Positions 50,649-61,299 of a stretch of DNA of 64,000 nt are shown here, one piece after another. The stretch is from Felis catus (lineage: Eukaryota). Every line of letters begins with the position of its first letter. Positions within the stretch are counted from its first letter, which is position 1. Location of the stretch: positions 67,332,001-67,396,000 of the forward strand of contig NC_058384.1 of NCBI RefSeq assembly GCF_018350175.1, given 5' to 3'. The notes under the pieces are model-generated. The model was not told the DNA's origin and did no database searches. It saw only the letters and a program-made list of their open reading frames with translations. Both the position numbers and the translations under genes were made by a program.

Positions 50649-51619
50649 CCCCCCGGCCGTGCCTCCTGCCTCTCCCTTCCCTGGGCGCCAGCGCCTGGCT
50701 CCTCTGTTGGCCCCTGCCCTTTGCCTGCCGCCCCATCTCCCCGCCCCGTCCTCTCCAGACAGCAGGGTGACTTTAGGGGCACGGGCCTCGCCCCAGTGCC
50801 CTGCGCATTTTGGGTTTACTTGTACATCTCTTATGGAGTCTTTGCTCTGGGCCCTGCTCCAGCAGGGCCGTTCAAGTGGTTTTCACAGTGTCGCCGGTCG
50901 GCCCCAGCTCCTGGCCTCACCGCCTCCTGGCACAGCCTGTAGACCTCTGGTGGCGGTGGCGTGGCCATGCTGGGTGGGAGGAGGGACTGGGGCGGGGTCT
51001 TCGTGTGTGCCTCTAGGGCTCTGCTTGTTGTCTGGTTACTTGTGGCGACTCCTCTGTCTCTCTCTCCACCTGCAGCCTCACCCCTGCTGGGACCACACAC
51101 TGAAGCAGGGCTGGCGGTTGGGCGGGTGGGGACAGGCTCTCTTTTCCATCCCCCCCCGCCCCCCCCCATCCTGGTCCCTTAATCCAGGCTTTGTTGGGAT
51201 GTCCCGTCCGAAGGGGGAGACCAGACATCACCCTCTGTGTGAGGAACCGAGCCCTGGACCGGTCCGATGGAGTTGGGTGCAAAGGAGGGAGGAGATTTTC
51301 TGGAGGAGGGGGATGGGAAAACGAACTGAGTCACAGGCTCAGCGGCTGGAACCTGGAATGGACGCTTTGGGAGTGGAGGCCCCACGGAGCTCCCTTAGGC
51401 GGGGTCCAGGCTCAGGCCTGGCAGAGGGCCCTGGAGATGCTAACGGGGTCTGAGCCGCAGGAAGGGCTCAGGGAAGCCAAGCGACACGGTTCACGGGGGC
51501 TCCTGCCAGCTCCGTTTCCAGGACCCGCCTGCATCCCCAGGTACCGGGGTCTCAGTCCCCCTCACGAGACACGAAGGGATTGGGGTCTGTCTCAGCAGCG
51601 GGTGTGTATGCGGTGGGTA

Positions 51620-51621
<2 letters not shown>

Positions 51622-51658
<37 letters not shown>
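51622..51658. repeat. (CA)n microsatellite in the UBQLN4 3'UTR
   Basis: Seen directly in the sequence. Confidence 0.95.
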
Positions 51659-51660
<2 letters not shown>

Positions 51661-52168
51661 GAGTGGCACAGGACGGTGGATTCCTTGTTGGTTTCTGGTT
51701 CCGAGCTGTCTCCCACCAGAGAGAGGTAGGCAGGAGGGCTGGTCCGGGGCAGGAGTGCACACAGTCCAGGGAGCTAGGTCCTGGGCCTCTGGGCACCGGG
51801 CACCCCAAGGGCAGTGTGGTCCTGAAGCTGTCGGGGAACAGTAGAGAGGTCTCTACCCCTGCAGCCCCGGCCTTTGGATCCTTCACCGTTTCCTTCCAGG
51901 CCAGAGAGTTCTATCTGAGGAAGGGAAGGAGAGGGCAGCGGCGACGCCTTTGGTGTGGAATTGGACGTTGCTGTATCGAGCGCAGGGGAGGCTCCTGCCG
52001 CCTCTTCTCTCTGCGGCTTCGCGCAGCTGCTCGGAGGACCCGTGGCCGAGAATATGGAGGCGCGAGGGGCACGATTGTCTCCCGAGTGGGAAAGCGTCCT
52101 GAGCAATCCGGAGAGGGTGTGTGTGGCTCTCCCTCCTGACCTCCCCAACCTCCACACTGGCCTTTGTA

Positions 52169-52268
52169 AATAAACGACGTGGTCTTTGTTGTCGGGATGT
52201 CTCGGTGTTTGCTTTTTGGGGGAGAGGAGGCCGGCCGAAGAAAACTCGGTTTTAGGGGGTTTAATAAA
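52169..52268 (+). terminator. UBQLN4 polyadenylation signals
   Basis: AATAAA at 52169 followed by a GU-rich tract, and a second AATAAA at 52263. Confidence 0.75.
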
Positions 52269-53177
52269 GCAGGACCCGAGGACGCTGAAGGGGGCTCAGT
52301 TGCCACAGGTGTTAAAGGATGCTGCCACCCCCACCCCCACCCCGTCAGGGCTGGGAGGCGGGGCATAGGAAGGTCATTACTGCCGATAGGGCAAGACTCT
52401 TACCTCAGGTAAAAAGGCCAAGACAAAGCAAAACTGTTGCATCCAGACCTTCTGCGAGTGAAGTCAGGAGATGAAGCCTTGAACTCCGAGACTAAGCCTG
52501 GCCGGTCCTCCCGCTGGAAGCCACAAAAACAGACCTGGCACATTCGGAAAGGGACCAAGTGGAGTGAGCGGCGTTAGGGTGTCCGCGGGCGGACTCGCGG
52601 GCTGGCAGATCCCACGGCGGGGGGGGGGGGGGGGGCCAAGTGGTGGAAACTGCAGGAATGAGCACGCGGGTCCACACGAAGAAGCGGGCGGCCGGCCGAC
52701 CGGAGTCCTGGCAGGGGAGAGACGCCGAAGGGACAACCTGGAGGAACCAGGTCACCGTTCTCTAGATGTGAAAAACAGCGGTCCACAGATTCCGCAAGCC
52801 CGGGGAAATAAAGTAGCAGTCTGCAGAAAGGCGCAAGCGAAGAGAAAACGTTTGGAAGCAACCAGAAGACCAAGACAGCGGGCTCTCGAGGGAGCGGCAG
52901 ACCAGCGCCCACGTCCCACCCGCGACCCGGAAGCCCACGGGGTGGATGCTGCCTCCCCGCCAGTCTGGGATGCGGCGCCCGGCGAGAACGTCTTTCCAAC
53001 GCGAAGGTAAGACAAAGGTATCTTCAGACAAAGCCCAACTGAGACCACCGCCGGCCGACTCACGTGTGGGGTGATCTTGGGTCATAAGAAAAAGAAAAAA
53101 CAAGAACAAAGAACAATGGTAAACGTGTGTGTAAACTCCATAAAACAAAAGCGATGATGTGTCATGGTGGGGTGTTT

Positions 53178-53375
53178 TGTTTTAGAGAGAGAGAGAGCGC
53201 GAGCGTGCGCACAAGCTGGGGAGAAGGGTGCGGAGGGAGGGAGAGGGAGAGAATCTTAAGCGGGCTCCACACGCAGCACAGAGCCCAATGCGGGGCTCGA
53301 GCCCACGACTCTAGGATCATGACCTCAGCTGAAATCAAGACTCCGACGCTCAACCGACTGAGCCGCCCCGGGGCT
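53178..53375 (-). mobile_element. Can-SINE
   Basis: Reverse-orientation SINEC: (GA)n, gatcatgacctcagctgaa, caaccgactgagcc. Confidence 0.88.
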
Positions 53376-54974
53376 TCTTTCTCGTGGTGTTTAAAATGCA
53401 GGAATTGGGATTTGTGACTTTGCGGCTCCAGAGTCAGAGACGGTGGGGTTGGGGTCAGCCTGCACCGCGCACGGCCTTCACGTTGTGCTGGTAAAGGACA
53501 GAGCGCCAGCTCGTGGTAGCTGCCGCTAAGTCAAGGACAAATGTTTTCTAAGCCACCAAAGAGAAAAACCGTGTAACAACTGCCAAGTGACCCGAAGGAC
53601 AAAACGAAACAAGGCGACGACTCCAAACCAAGGCAAGAGAGAAGACACGCGGTCAAGAAGTTACAGGAGGCGTTTCGGGGTGTGAACCGATGCTGTGTGG
53701 CACTGTAACGGTGGACGCGTGACACTTAGAGCAGAGCGAACCTTCGTGCAGGCAAACTGAAAACCACGTGTCATCTCGGAGGTCAGGGGACCCCAGGACG
53801 GGATGAGGAACGTAACCAGAGACTGTAACTACATTTTGAATGTATGAAATCACTTCACTTGCAGGACGGGGGTAGATGCTGACACAAGTAACTCGGAAAC
53901 TAGCGGGATCTTTACAACTAAAGGCAGAAGAAACATAGCGCCACGTTCTTGTTGATTGCGTCCCACGGATGTACTGTTAACAGTTCCGAGACCACCGGGC
54001 ACGTCTGCTACAATTGACAATTTAAGCAAGTGGGGGACGGCCAGGGGGGTGCGGTTTCTCTCTGTTGGGGTGGGGAGTGGGCAGATGAGCGGGGGAGTGA
54101 GGCCGGAATGATTCATGTGGTCACGGATTAGAACACGAACTCATGTTCAGCTTAATACAGATCCAGCTAAAAGTATTTTGTAGATGTGTGTGAGTTAGCA
54201 CACACGCCTGTGTCCTTGCTGTCCGTGGAGAGGACCCAGGGGTCATGACACCCAGTGGCAGCAAGCACCCTGGTGCCCAGAGATTGCTCATCTGTAGACT
54301 CCCCACTCCCACAGTGAGCAAGCAACCATGCCGGGAGCAGCCTCCCAGGGGCCGTGCTGGTGACTCCCAGGCCAGCTGTCCCGTGGGGACGATCGGCCTC
54401 CCCGCCGCCTGGACCACATCCCTGCCTGCAGAGCAGTCGGGGAGGAGGGATAGGGCGAAGACTCCAGGAGAAGCTGGTGTCCCAGAGAGTCATGGCAAGG
54501 GGCTGGTTTTAATCACTCCCTATTAAGCAAAACATTCCGAATTCCCTGCGGGAGGGGCTGAGGGTGACCACAAGACATTTATAGAACATAAGAAAACAGA
54601 AAGATTGAAAGTAAAAGTCTGGGAAAAGATAAACTACGAACGCAAGCCAGAAGAAAACGAGGGTACTGTACTAATAATAGATCAGACAGAATTTCAGGCC
54701 GAAAAAAACACTAAGAGGTAAAGGGAGGGGATTCATTCATAATGATAAAAGGTAACATTCACTGGGAAAACAGACTAATCCTAAGTATTTATGCATCTAA
54801 TGACCTGCCCTCAATATATAAAAAGAAAAAAAATTGAGAGCACTACAAAGAGCATCCGAAAAGCGCTCAGTCATAGATTTGAATACCCCTCTGTCTGTAA
54901 TTGGGAGGCTAGGCAGGGAGACAATAGCCATAGGGACCAACATATATCATTAATTCTAAGATAGAGATTTTTTG

Positions 54975-55197
54975 GGGGGTGCCAGGCTGGCTCAGTCAGT
55001 GGAGCATGTGACTCCTGATCTCAGGGTTGTGAATTTGAGCCCTGCATTGGGTGTAGAGATTACCTAAAAATAAAATCTTAACAAAAAATAAGATACATGG
55101 GACACCTGGGTGGCTCAGTTGATTAAGCATCCGACTTCAGCTCAGGTCATGACCTGAGGGTTGGTGAGCTCCAGCCCCGTGTTGGGCTCTGCTTAGG

Positions 55198-55235
<38 letters not shown>

Positions 55236-55290
55236 CCTCCCCAACTTGCGCATGCACAGCACACTCGCTCTCTCTCTCTCAGATTAAAAC
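54975..55290 (+). mobile_element. Two tandem Can-SINEs
   Basis: Heads at about 54975 and 55099, with a (CT)n tract at 55201. Confidence 0.85.
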
Positions 55291-55611
55291 AGAGAAACAA
55301 CATTTTGAATTTATATTTTAAAACCAAACTATAGCAAAGAGTTACCTATCAACACTGATGGAATGCAGTTAAAGCTGTATGTAGAAGAAAGTTCATAGCC
55401 TTAAATATATACATTAGAAAAGAAGAAAAATTGAAAAGCAATGAGTTAAGTAGCCATCTGAAGAAGTTAAAAAAAAAAAAGAATAGCAAAATATACCCAA
55501 AGAATGGAGAAGGGTAAAAAAATCAAGAGTAGAGCAAAAATTAATAAAATAAAAAAATAAACAATAAATGATATATCTGATAAGGGGTTAATATATATCG
55601 AAACTACAGTG

Positions 55612-55727
55612 AGGGATACCTGGCTGGCTGGGTGGGCGGAACATGTGACTCTTGATCTCGAGATTGTGAGTTCGAGCCCCGCGGTCGGTGCAGAGAGGGC
55701 TTAAAAATAAAATCTGAATAAAAAAAG
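55612..55727 (+). mobile_element. Short Can-SINE
   Basis: gggatacctggctggctggg...gagttcgagcccc...aaaaataaaatct. Confidence 0.8.
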
Positions 55728-55732
55728 AACGT

Positions 55733-56363
55733 TCATGGGAATGCAAGCTGGTGCAGCCACTCTGGAAAACACTATGGAGGTTCCTCAAAACACTAAAAAC
55801 AGAACTACCCGAGGACCCAGCAATTACACTACCACGGGATACAGGTGGGTTGTTTTGAAGGGACACATGCACCCCCATGTTTACAGCAGTGCTATCGACA
55901 ATAGCCAAAGGATGGAAAGAGCCCAAATGTCCCTCGATGGATGAGTGGATAAAGAAGATGTGGTCTATATACACAAGGGAGTATTACTCGGCAATCAAAA
56001 AGAATGAAATCTTGCCATTTGCAGCTACGTGGATGGAACTGGAGGGTATGATGCTAAGTGATATTAGTCAGAGAAAGACAAAAATCATATGACTTCACTC
56101 ATAGGAGGACTTTAAGAGCCAAAACAGATGAACATAAGGGAAGGAAAACAAAAATAATATAAAAACAGGGAGGGGGACAAAACAGAAGAGACTCTTAAAT
56201 ATGGAGAACAAACTATGGGTTACGGGAGGGGTGGTGGGAGGGGGGATGGGCTAAATGGGGGAGGGGCACTAAGGAATCTACTCCTGAAATCATTGTTTCG
56301 CTGTAGGCTAACTAATTTGGATGTAAATTGTAAAAAATAAAAAGTAAAAATAAAAAAAATAAA
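55733..56363 (+). mobile_element. 5'-truncated young carnivore L1 (ORF2 C-terminus, 3'UTR, poly-A)
   Basis: WKEPKCPSMDEWIKKMWSIYTREYYSAIKKNEILPFAATWMELEGMML is the L1 ORF2 C-terminus. 16-nt TSD aataaaaaaagaacgt at 55717-55732 and 56364-56379. Confidence 0.95.
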
Positions 56364-57029
56364 AATAAAAAAAGAACGTGCAGCGAGATTTTCCTCACAC
56401 CAATTATAATGGCTACTATTAGGAAAAAAAAACAGAAAACAAGAAGTGTTGGCGAAGATGTGAAGAAATTGGAACCGTGTACTATTGGTGAAGATGTGAA
56501 ATGGGAGAGCGTCTGTGGAAAACAGTGTGGTTGGTGGCAGTTTCTCAAAAAATGAAAAATAGAGTTATCACATGATTTAGCAATTCCACGGGTGGGTACA
56601 GACTCAAAGGACTGAAAGCAGGGTGTTTCGGAGATATCTGTAGACCCATGTTCATAGCATCATTACTCACAGGACCTAAAACATGGAAGCAACGCAGCCG
56701 CCCACTGATGGACGGACAGATAAGCAGGCTGCGGTATAGACGCACAGTGGGATATTACTCAGCTTTGAAAAGGTGCTATAACACAGACGGACCCTGAGGA
56801 CATCATACCAAGTGAAATAAGCCAGTCACAACAAAGACAAATATTATATGATTACATGGGATACTTAGCGTGGTCAAAATCACAGAGACAGAAAGTAGGC
56901 GGTGATCATCAGGGTTGGGAGGAGGGGAACGGAGAGTTAGCGTTTGATGGGGACAGAGTTTCAGTTTTGCGGGATGAAGGGTTCTGGAGACGGAGGGTGG
57001 TAGTCGTACAACAACGTGAATGTATTTTT

Positions 57030-57222
57030 CTTTTATGTTTATTTATTTTGAAAGAGAGAGAGCAAGGGAGGGGCGGAGAGAGAGGGAGACCCAGAATCCG
57101 AAGCAGGCTCCAGGCTCTGAGCTGTCAGCACAGAGCCCGACGCGGGGCTCGAACCCACGAACTGTGAGATCATGAGCTGAGCTGCAGTGAGACGCTTGAC
57201 GGACTGAGCCTCCAGGCGCCCC
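57030..57222 (-). mobile_element. Can-SINE
   Basis: Reverse SINEC ending ctgagcctccaggcgcccc. Confidence 0.92.
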
Positions 57223-57483
57223 TACTGGTCAATTATTTTAGACAGGGTCCCTCAGTCTGGGTTTGTGGGAAGTTTCTTGTGCCCGGATGGTTATGCATTC
57301 TGATGAGCCTGCCACGAAAGCCACGGGCCTTCTCTGCACATCACGGCAGGTTGCGTGATGTCGGAGCTTCTTACTGTTGGTCTCGGTAGCCTTGACAACT
57401 TAATTGAAAGGGTGTGGTTCCCGCTAGGTTTCCCTCTGTAAAGTTACTATTTTACCCATGTAATTAATAAACATCGTGAGGCA

Positions 57484-57712
57484 GGGGTGCCTGGGTGGCT
57501 CAGTCGGTTGAGCGTCCGACTTCAGTTCAGGTCATGATCTTACGGTTTGTGGGTTCGAGCCCCACGTCGGGCTCTGCGCTGACAGCTGGGAGCCTGGAGC
57601 CTACTTCGGATTCTGCGTCTCCCTCTCTCTCTGCCCCTAACCCCCTCGCATTCTGTCTCTGTGTCTCACAAAAATAAATATTCAAACTTTTTAAAATAAA
57701 AAATAAAAAAAT
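57484..57712 (+). mobile_element. Can-SINE
   Basis: GGGGTGCCTGGGTGGCTCAGTCGG head and A-tail. Confidence 0.93.
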
Positions 57713-58941
57713 AGCTATTGTGAGGAAGAGACTTTGAAACTACGCAAATTTCCTGTTTCTCCTCAAATTTTCATCCGTAATTTCACCTCGATTGCCGGTC
57801 CCGCTGCAGCAGGGATCGCTCTGGTTTGAGCGCCGGTTTCCGACTTGTTCGTTGGTTGGTTGGTTGCAGTTTTTCTGGACGGAGGGCCGTCCTTTCTCCC
57901 TTATTTGTGTTTTTATTTTACGCACTTCGCCATGATGCACTTTGCTGTCATGCACGCGTGCGGCATTTACTGAAGGTAAATCTGTACTGGGAAATACCAC
58001 AGAGCTCAGTGATTGCTAGCGGTCGCTGTCTGGTCCCCGGGCAGATCCCGCGGCCGGCCAGCACCCACGCCCGGCTCCTTCGGGGCTGCCTGCTCACAGC
58101 TCGCAGCCAGTGACCCTGCATCAACCCAGAGCTGCCTTGCTGGGGAAGGTACACACCCCCCCCCCCAACGTCGGGCAGCCCGCAGTGCTGATATGCCTCA
58201 AAAGTGCTGCCAATCTTGTGGGCTGACTCTCGCGCCACAGCTCCCTAGACCCCGGCGGGCGGCGAGGAAGACTGAGAAGGCCATAGCCCTGCTCCGCCCT
58301 CTTTCTGCCCCGTCCTGCTTCCTCACGGCCTCCGCTTCTAGGGAACCTAGCCGAGGCGGGCTGTGTCTCCCCCGCCGCAGACGTGCCCTCTGGACCCTCA
58401 GCCTGCCGGGCAGGGGCAAGGTGGGGGGCTCTGGAGGGCCGGGCCCCTCTCCTGTTACTCGGGTGAGGAAGGAAGCCTGAGAGGCCAGGCTTGTTTAGCG
58501 GACGGCTGTCGTTAAGGCAGTCTTGTTTGCGAAACGCGAAGCCCAAAGCGTTGCTTTGAGCTGAGAGTCACTAGAAGAAGAGCAGAACTCTGGAGGGGAA
58601 ACCCTGTAGCAAGAGGGCTCCAGGTCAGTCCCCTCAGGCCTCCGGCCCCTTGCTGTCCTCCTTCTTGGAGCTCCAGTCCTTCCAGGGTTTCAAAAGCCTC
58701 GTCACCTCTCCCGAGGCCTCTGCATTAGAGACAGAAATTCAGACGGAGCTGGAAAGGGTGAGAAAGTGTTCAGAGACACGGGGATTGGGGGGGGGGGGGA
58801 GGTGGGGAGGAAGAAAGAGGATGCGCGTTCTCCCCAATCCGTCCATCCATCCGTCCGTCCGTCCGTCCATCATGCAGTCCATCTAGAGACAAACCTGCAA
58901 TCATCAGGCTAGGACCTTCCGGGCCCCAAAATAAACTCTGC

Positions 58942-58947
58942 TTTATT
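58942..58947 (-). terminator. Polyadenylation signal of the uncharacterised gene
   Basis: AATAAA on -, about 180 nt after the TAG, at the edge of the CpG-rich exon. Confidence 0.65.
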
Positions 58948-59127
58948 TACATGGGAGCCGGATGATCCTGTCCGTCCTCCTGGTCCCTGGGCGCGCTCCC
59001 GGGAGCCTCTTGCGTGCGGTGCTCGCTGGCGGGGCCGGGCCGGGGCCGGGGCCGGGGTCGAGCCCTCCCCGGGGGGCTCGCCCGCGCCCCCGGCCTCCCC
59101 CGCCGCCTCGGCCTCGGCGCCCGCCCC

Positions 59128-59527
59128 CTACCGCCGCCGCCGGTCGCAGCAGCTGCACAGGTACCGGCCGAAGCCGGCCAGGCTCCAGCGGGACGACTTG
59201 CTCTTGGACGTGAGCGTGCTCGGGCTGCTTTCCGAGCTGCCCGGGTGCTCCTGCCGCAGCGGGCGCGTCCGCGAGGACGGGTGGCGCTTCCGCCGCACCC
59301 TCGGGGACCGCGCGGCCCGGGGCGGCCCCTCGTTCTCGGCGTCCTCGTCCTCCTCGTCCGCGTCCTCGTCCTTCGCCTTGTCCCTCCTCGGCCGGACGGT
59401 GGCGACCTTGCTGCGCTTCCGCCTCTTGGACCGAGCGAGGCCGGGGTCTTCCTCCTTGGGGAATCCGAGAGCAGGGGATGAAGCGCGCTCTCCACTGACC
59501 CGTCCCGTTACATACGGGGCTTCGTGT
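59128..59527 (-). CDS. Terminal coding exon of an uncharacterised gene (basic NLS-like motif, acidic tract, Cys-Arg C-terminus)
   Basis: Acceptor cttctctgcctcccttcccccctcag|A CAC GAA. Frame (not in the ORF track): HEAPYVTGRVSGERASSPALGFPKEEDPGLARSKRRKRSKVATVRPRRDKAKDEDADEEDEDAENEGPPRAARSPRVRRKRHPSSRTRPLRQEHPGSSESSPSTLTSKSKSSRWSLAGFGRYLCSCCDRRRR-TAG. 107 of the last 110 sense codons end in G/C. Confidence 0.75.
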
Positions 59528-59629
59528 CTGAGGGGGGAAGGGAGGCAGAGAAGCCCTGAGGTCAGAGGCGAGCCTGGACCGCGGGCGTCGGCGGAAGCCT
59601 GCCCCCCGGTGGACGCTCCCGGACCTCAC

Positions 59630-59712
59630 CGCAGGCTTATCCCAGCGCGAGGTGGACAGCTGGCCTCTTTCCAAGGGTCCCAGGGCAGGTGCCTTCGTTT
59701 CATACAGACCCA
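59630..59712 (-). CDS. Internal exon of the uncharacterised gene
   Basis: tgccttccatag|TGG GTC TGT ATG...CTG CG|gtgagg. 83 nt, phase 0 to 2, WVCMKRRHLPWDPWKEASCPPRAGISL(R). Joins the terminal exon in the GC3-rich frame. Confidence 0.65.
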
Positions 59713-59883
59713 CTATGGAAGGCAGATACCAGCCGTCTAAGGACTCTGCTCTGGACCCCCTGGCTGCTCACACTTGGTGGGGGGGGGGGGGACGGATACG
59801 TCTATTATCTTGATTGTGGCGATGGTTTCACGAGTACGTACACGTCCGCACACCAAACGGTGCACTTTCAATGTGAGCAGCTT

Positions 59884-60045
59884 GGGGCGCCTGGGTGGTT
59901 CGGTCGGTGAAGTGTCCCACTCTTGATTGCGGCTCAGGTCATGGTCTCAGGGTTAGTGAGATCAAGCCCCACGTGGGCTCTGCGCTGACAGCCTGCTTGG
60001 GAGTCTCTCCGTCTCTGCCCCTCTCCCCACTCTCTCTCTTAAAAA
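59884..60045 (+). mobile_element. Can-SINE (in a predicted intron of the uncharacterised gene)
   Basis: GGGGCGCCTGGGTGG head and CT tract. Confidence 0.88.
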
Positions 60046-60581
60046 TTAGCATTTAAATATGAGCAATGTATTGTGTCAGTCACTGCTAACAGAAACTAGC
60101 ATTTAAAGCCTCTCTCAAATAAACCAAGAGCTAAGTTCCTATACCGAGTGCGTTGCGCGGCACGTAAATGTTGGCCGCCAGTGGGGGAGGCGGTTCTGTG
60201 TGATACCTCGGCTCAGACACACAGCTCAGACCCTAGCGTCTCTGCCTCCTGTTTATCCGATCTTGGGAGGGTCACTTAACTTGACTTTGCCTCCGTTTCC
60301 TCGTCTGAAAAATAGGGATAATAATAATATCTACCTGATAGGGAGGCAGTGGGAAGTTCTCAGTAAGTAGAAGCTGCAGTTACTCTCAGTGTTGGTGTTT
60401 TGTTCCGGAAGGAGTAAATCTGAGCCGTGTTTAGTAAAGATGTGAATTGGAAGGGTGTCGAGAAGATATGGGAGGTTGCCGCAAGACCTCCTAGAGGAGG
60501 TCAGTGAGGTAAGTTGCCAGTGTGGTACGGGGCAAGGGGTGCGGGACCCCAGGGGAGGGGGGCCCGGGGTGGGGTACTCAC

Positions 60582-60710
60582 GCTGGTCAGCTCCTGGCTC
60601 CCTTGGTAGCCCACATCATCTGTGAGGTTGTAGATGGATGTCAAGGATACATCAAAGGTGCTTAAGGAGGGATCTTCTGCCCCTGCAGCTCCCCCAGCTT
60701 CTCTGGCCTC
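60582..60710 (-). CDS. Internal exon of the uncharacterised gene
   Basis: Branch point ctaac, then ggcttctccttctctcctcag|GAG...AGC|gtgagt. 129 nt, phase 0-0, EAREAGGAAGAEDPSLSTFDVSLTSIYNLTDDVGYQGSQELTS. Confidence 0.72.
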
Positions 60711-60753
60711 CTGAGGAGAGAAGGAGAAGCCAGTTAGGAGGCCGAAGCTCTCG

Positions 60754-60910
60754 GGGCGCCTGGGGGGCCCAGTCGGTTAAGCGTCCACCTCTTGGTTTCC
60801 GCTAAGGTCGTGATCTCACGGTTCGTGAGTTTGAGCCTCGAGTCTGGCTCTGTGCCGACGGCTCAGAGCCTGAATGGGATTCTCGCTCTCTCTCTCTCTC
60901 TGCCCCCCAA
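60754..60910 (+). mobile_element. Can-SINE (in a predicted intron of the uncharacterised gene)
   Basis: GGGGCGCCTGGGGGGCCCAGTCGGTTAAGCGTCC head and (CT)n. Confidence 0.85.
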
Positions 60911-61018
60911 CTTTTTTTTTTTTTTTTTTTTTACAAAAAAGAGGGAGTAGCTCACAGCAGGCAGGACTGCCAGGATCAGCCGTCCTGGCTCCTGCCTCTG
61001 CCCCAGCCTGCCCCTTAC

Positions 61019-61072
61019 TTTGGGGTTGGAAGATAAGGACACGTGTTCTTTCTTCTTCATGATCATAAAGTT
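61019..61072 (-). CDS. Candidate exon of the uncharacterised gene
   Basis: cgcag|AAC TTT ATG...CCC AAA|gtaagg. 54 nt, phase 0-0, NFMIMKKKEHVSLSSNPK. Weak polypyrimidine tract. Confidence 0.5.
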
Positions 61073-61155
61073 CTGCGATCACTGATGTGATGAGGCTCTG
61101 GCGTGTCCGCGCCCCCCCCCCCACACCCACAATTCTTTAGTGTTCATGTCCTCAC

Positions 61156-61218
61156 AGAAGTGGTTGTCGTGGCAATGGGAGGGTGGGGTCCGGGCCCCTG
61201 GGGGTCCCGGGAGGGCTC
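61156..61218 (-). CDS. Candidate exon of the uncharacterised gene
   Basis: cctcacag|GAG CCC...TCT|gtgagg. 63 nt, phase 0-0, EPSRDPQGPGPHPPIATTTTS. 83-nt downstream intron. Confidence 0.42.
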
Positions 61219-61299
61219 CTGTGAGGTGCTGAGACAGCACCCTTGCACACACACAGACCCCTACTTCACTTCTCAGCGGGAGGGGGCTGCAGGCCTCAC

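Larger units (their letters stand above)
54590..57025 (+). mobile_element. Old L1 relic (ORF2 fragments and 3' end) interrupted by younger SINEs and an L1
   Basis: A-rich L1 ORF2-like sequence (cataatgataaaaggt, tttatgcatctaa, atatatctgataagggg) and an L1MB-like 3' end (acagaaagtagg...gggacagagtttcagttt). Confidence 0.75.

Noticed and set aside
55877-56092. 71-aa ORF with recognisable protein sequence
   Set aside because: C-terminus of L1 ORF2 in a truncated insertion, not a host gene.
58943-59713. ORF-track 256-aa and 182-aa minus-strand ORFs as the main product
   Set aside because: Codon third-position bias and splice phases both point to the third frame (stop TAG at 59128-59130). Kept only as possible alternative frames.
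59198-59740. 180-aa plus-strand Ser-rich ORF
   Set aside because: Exact antisense mirror of the GC3-rich minus-strand frame.
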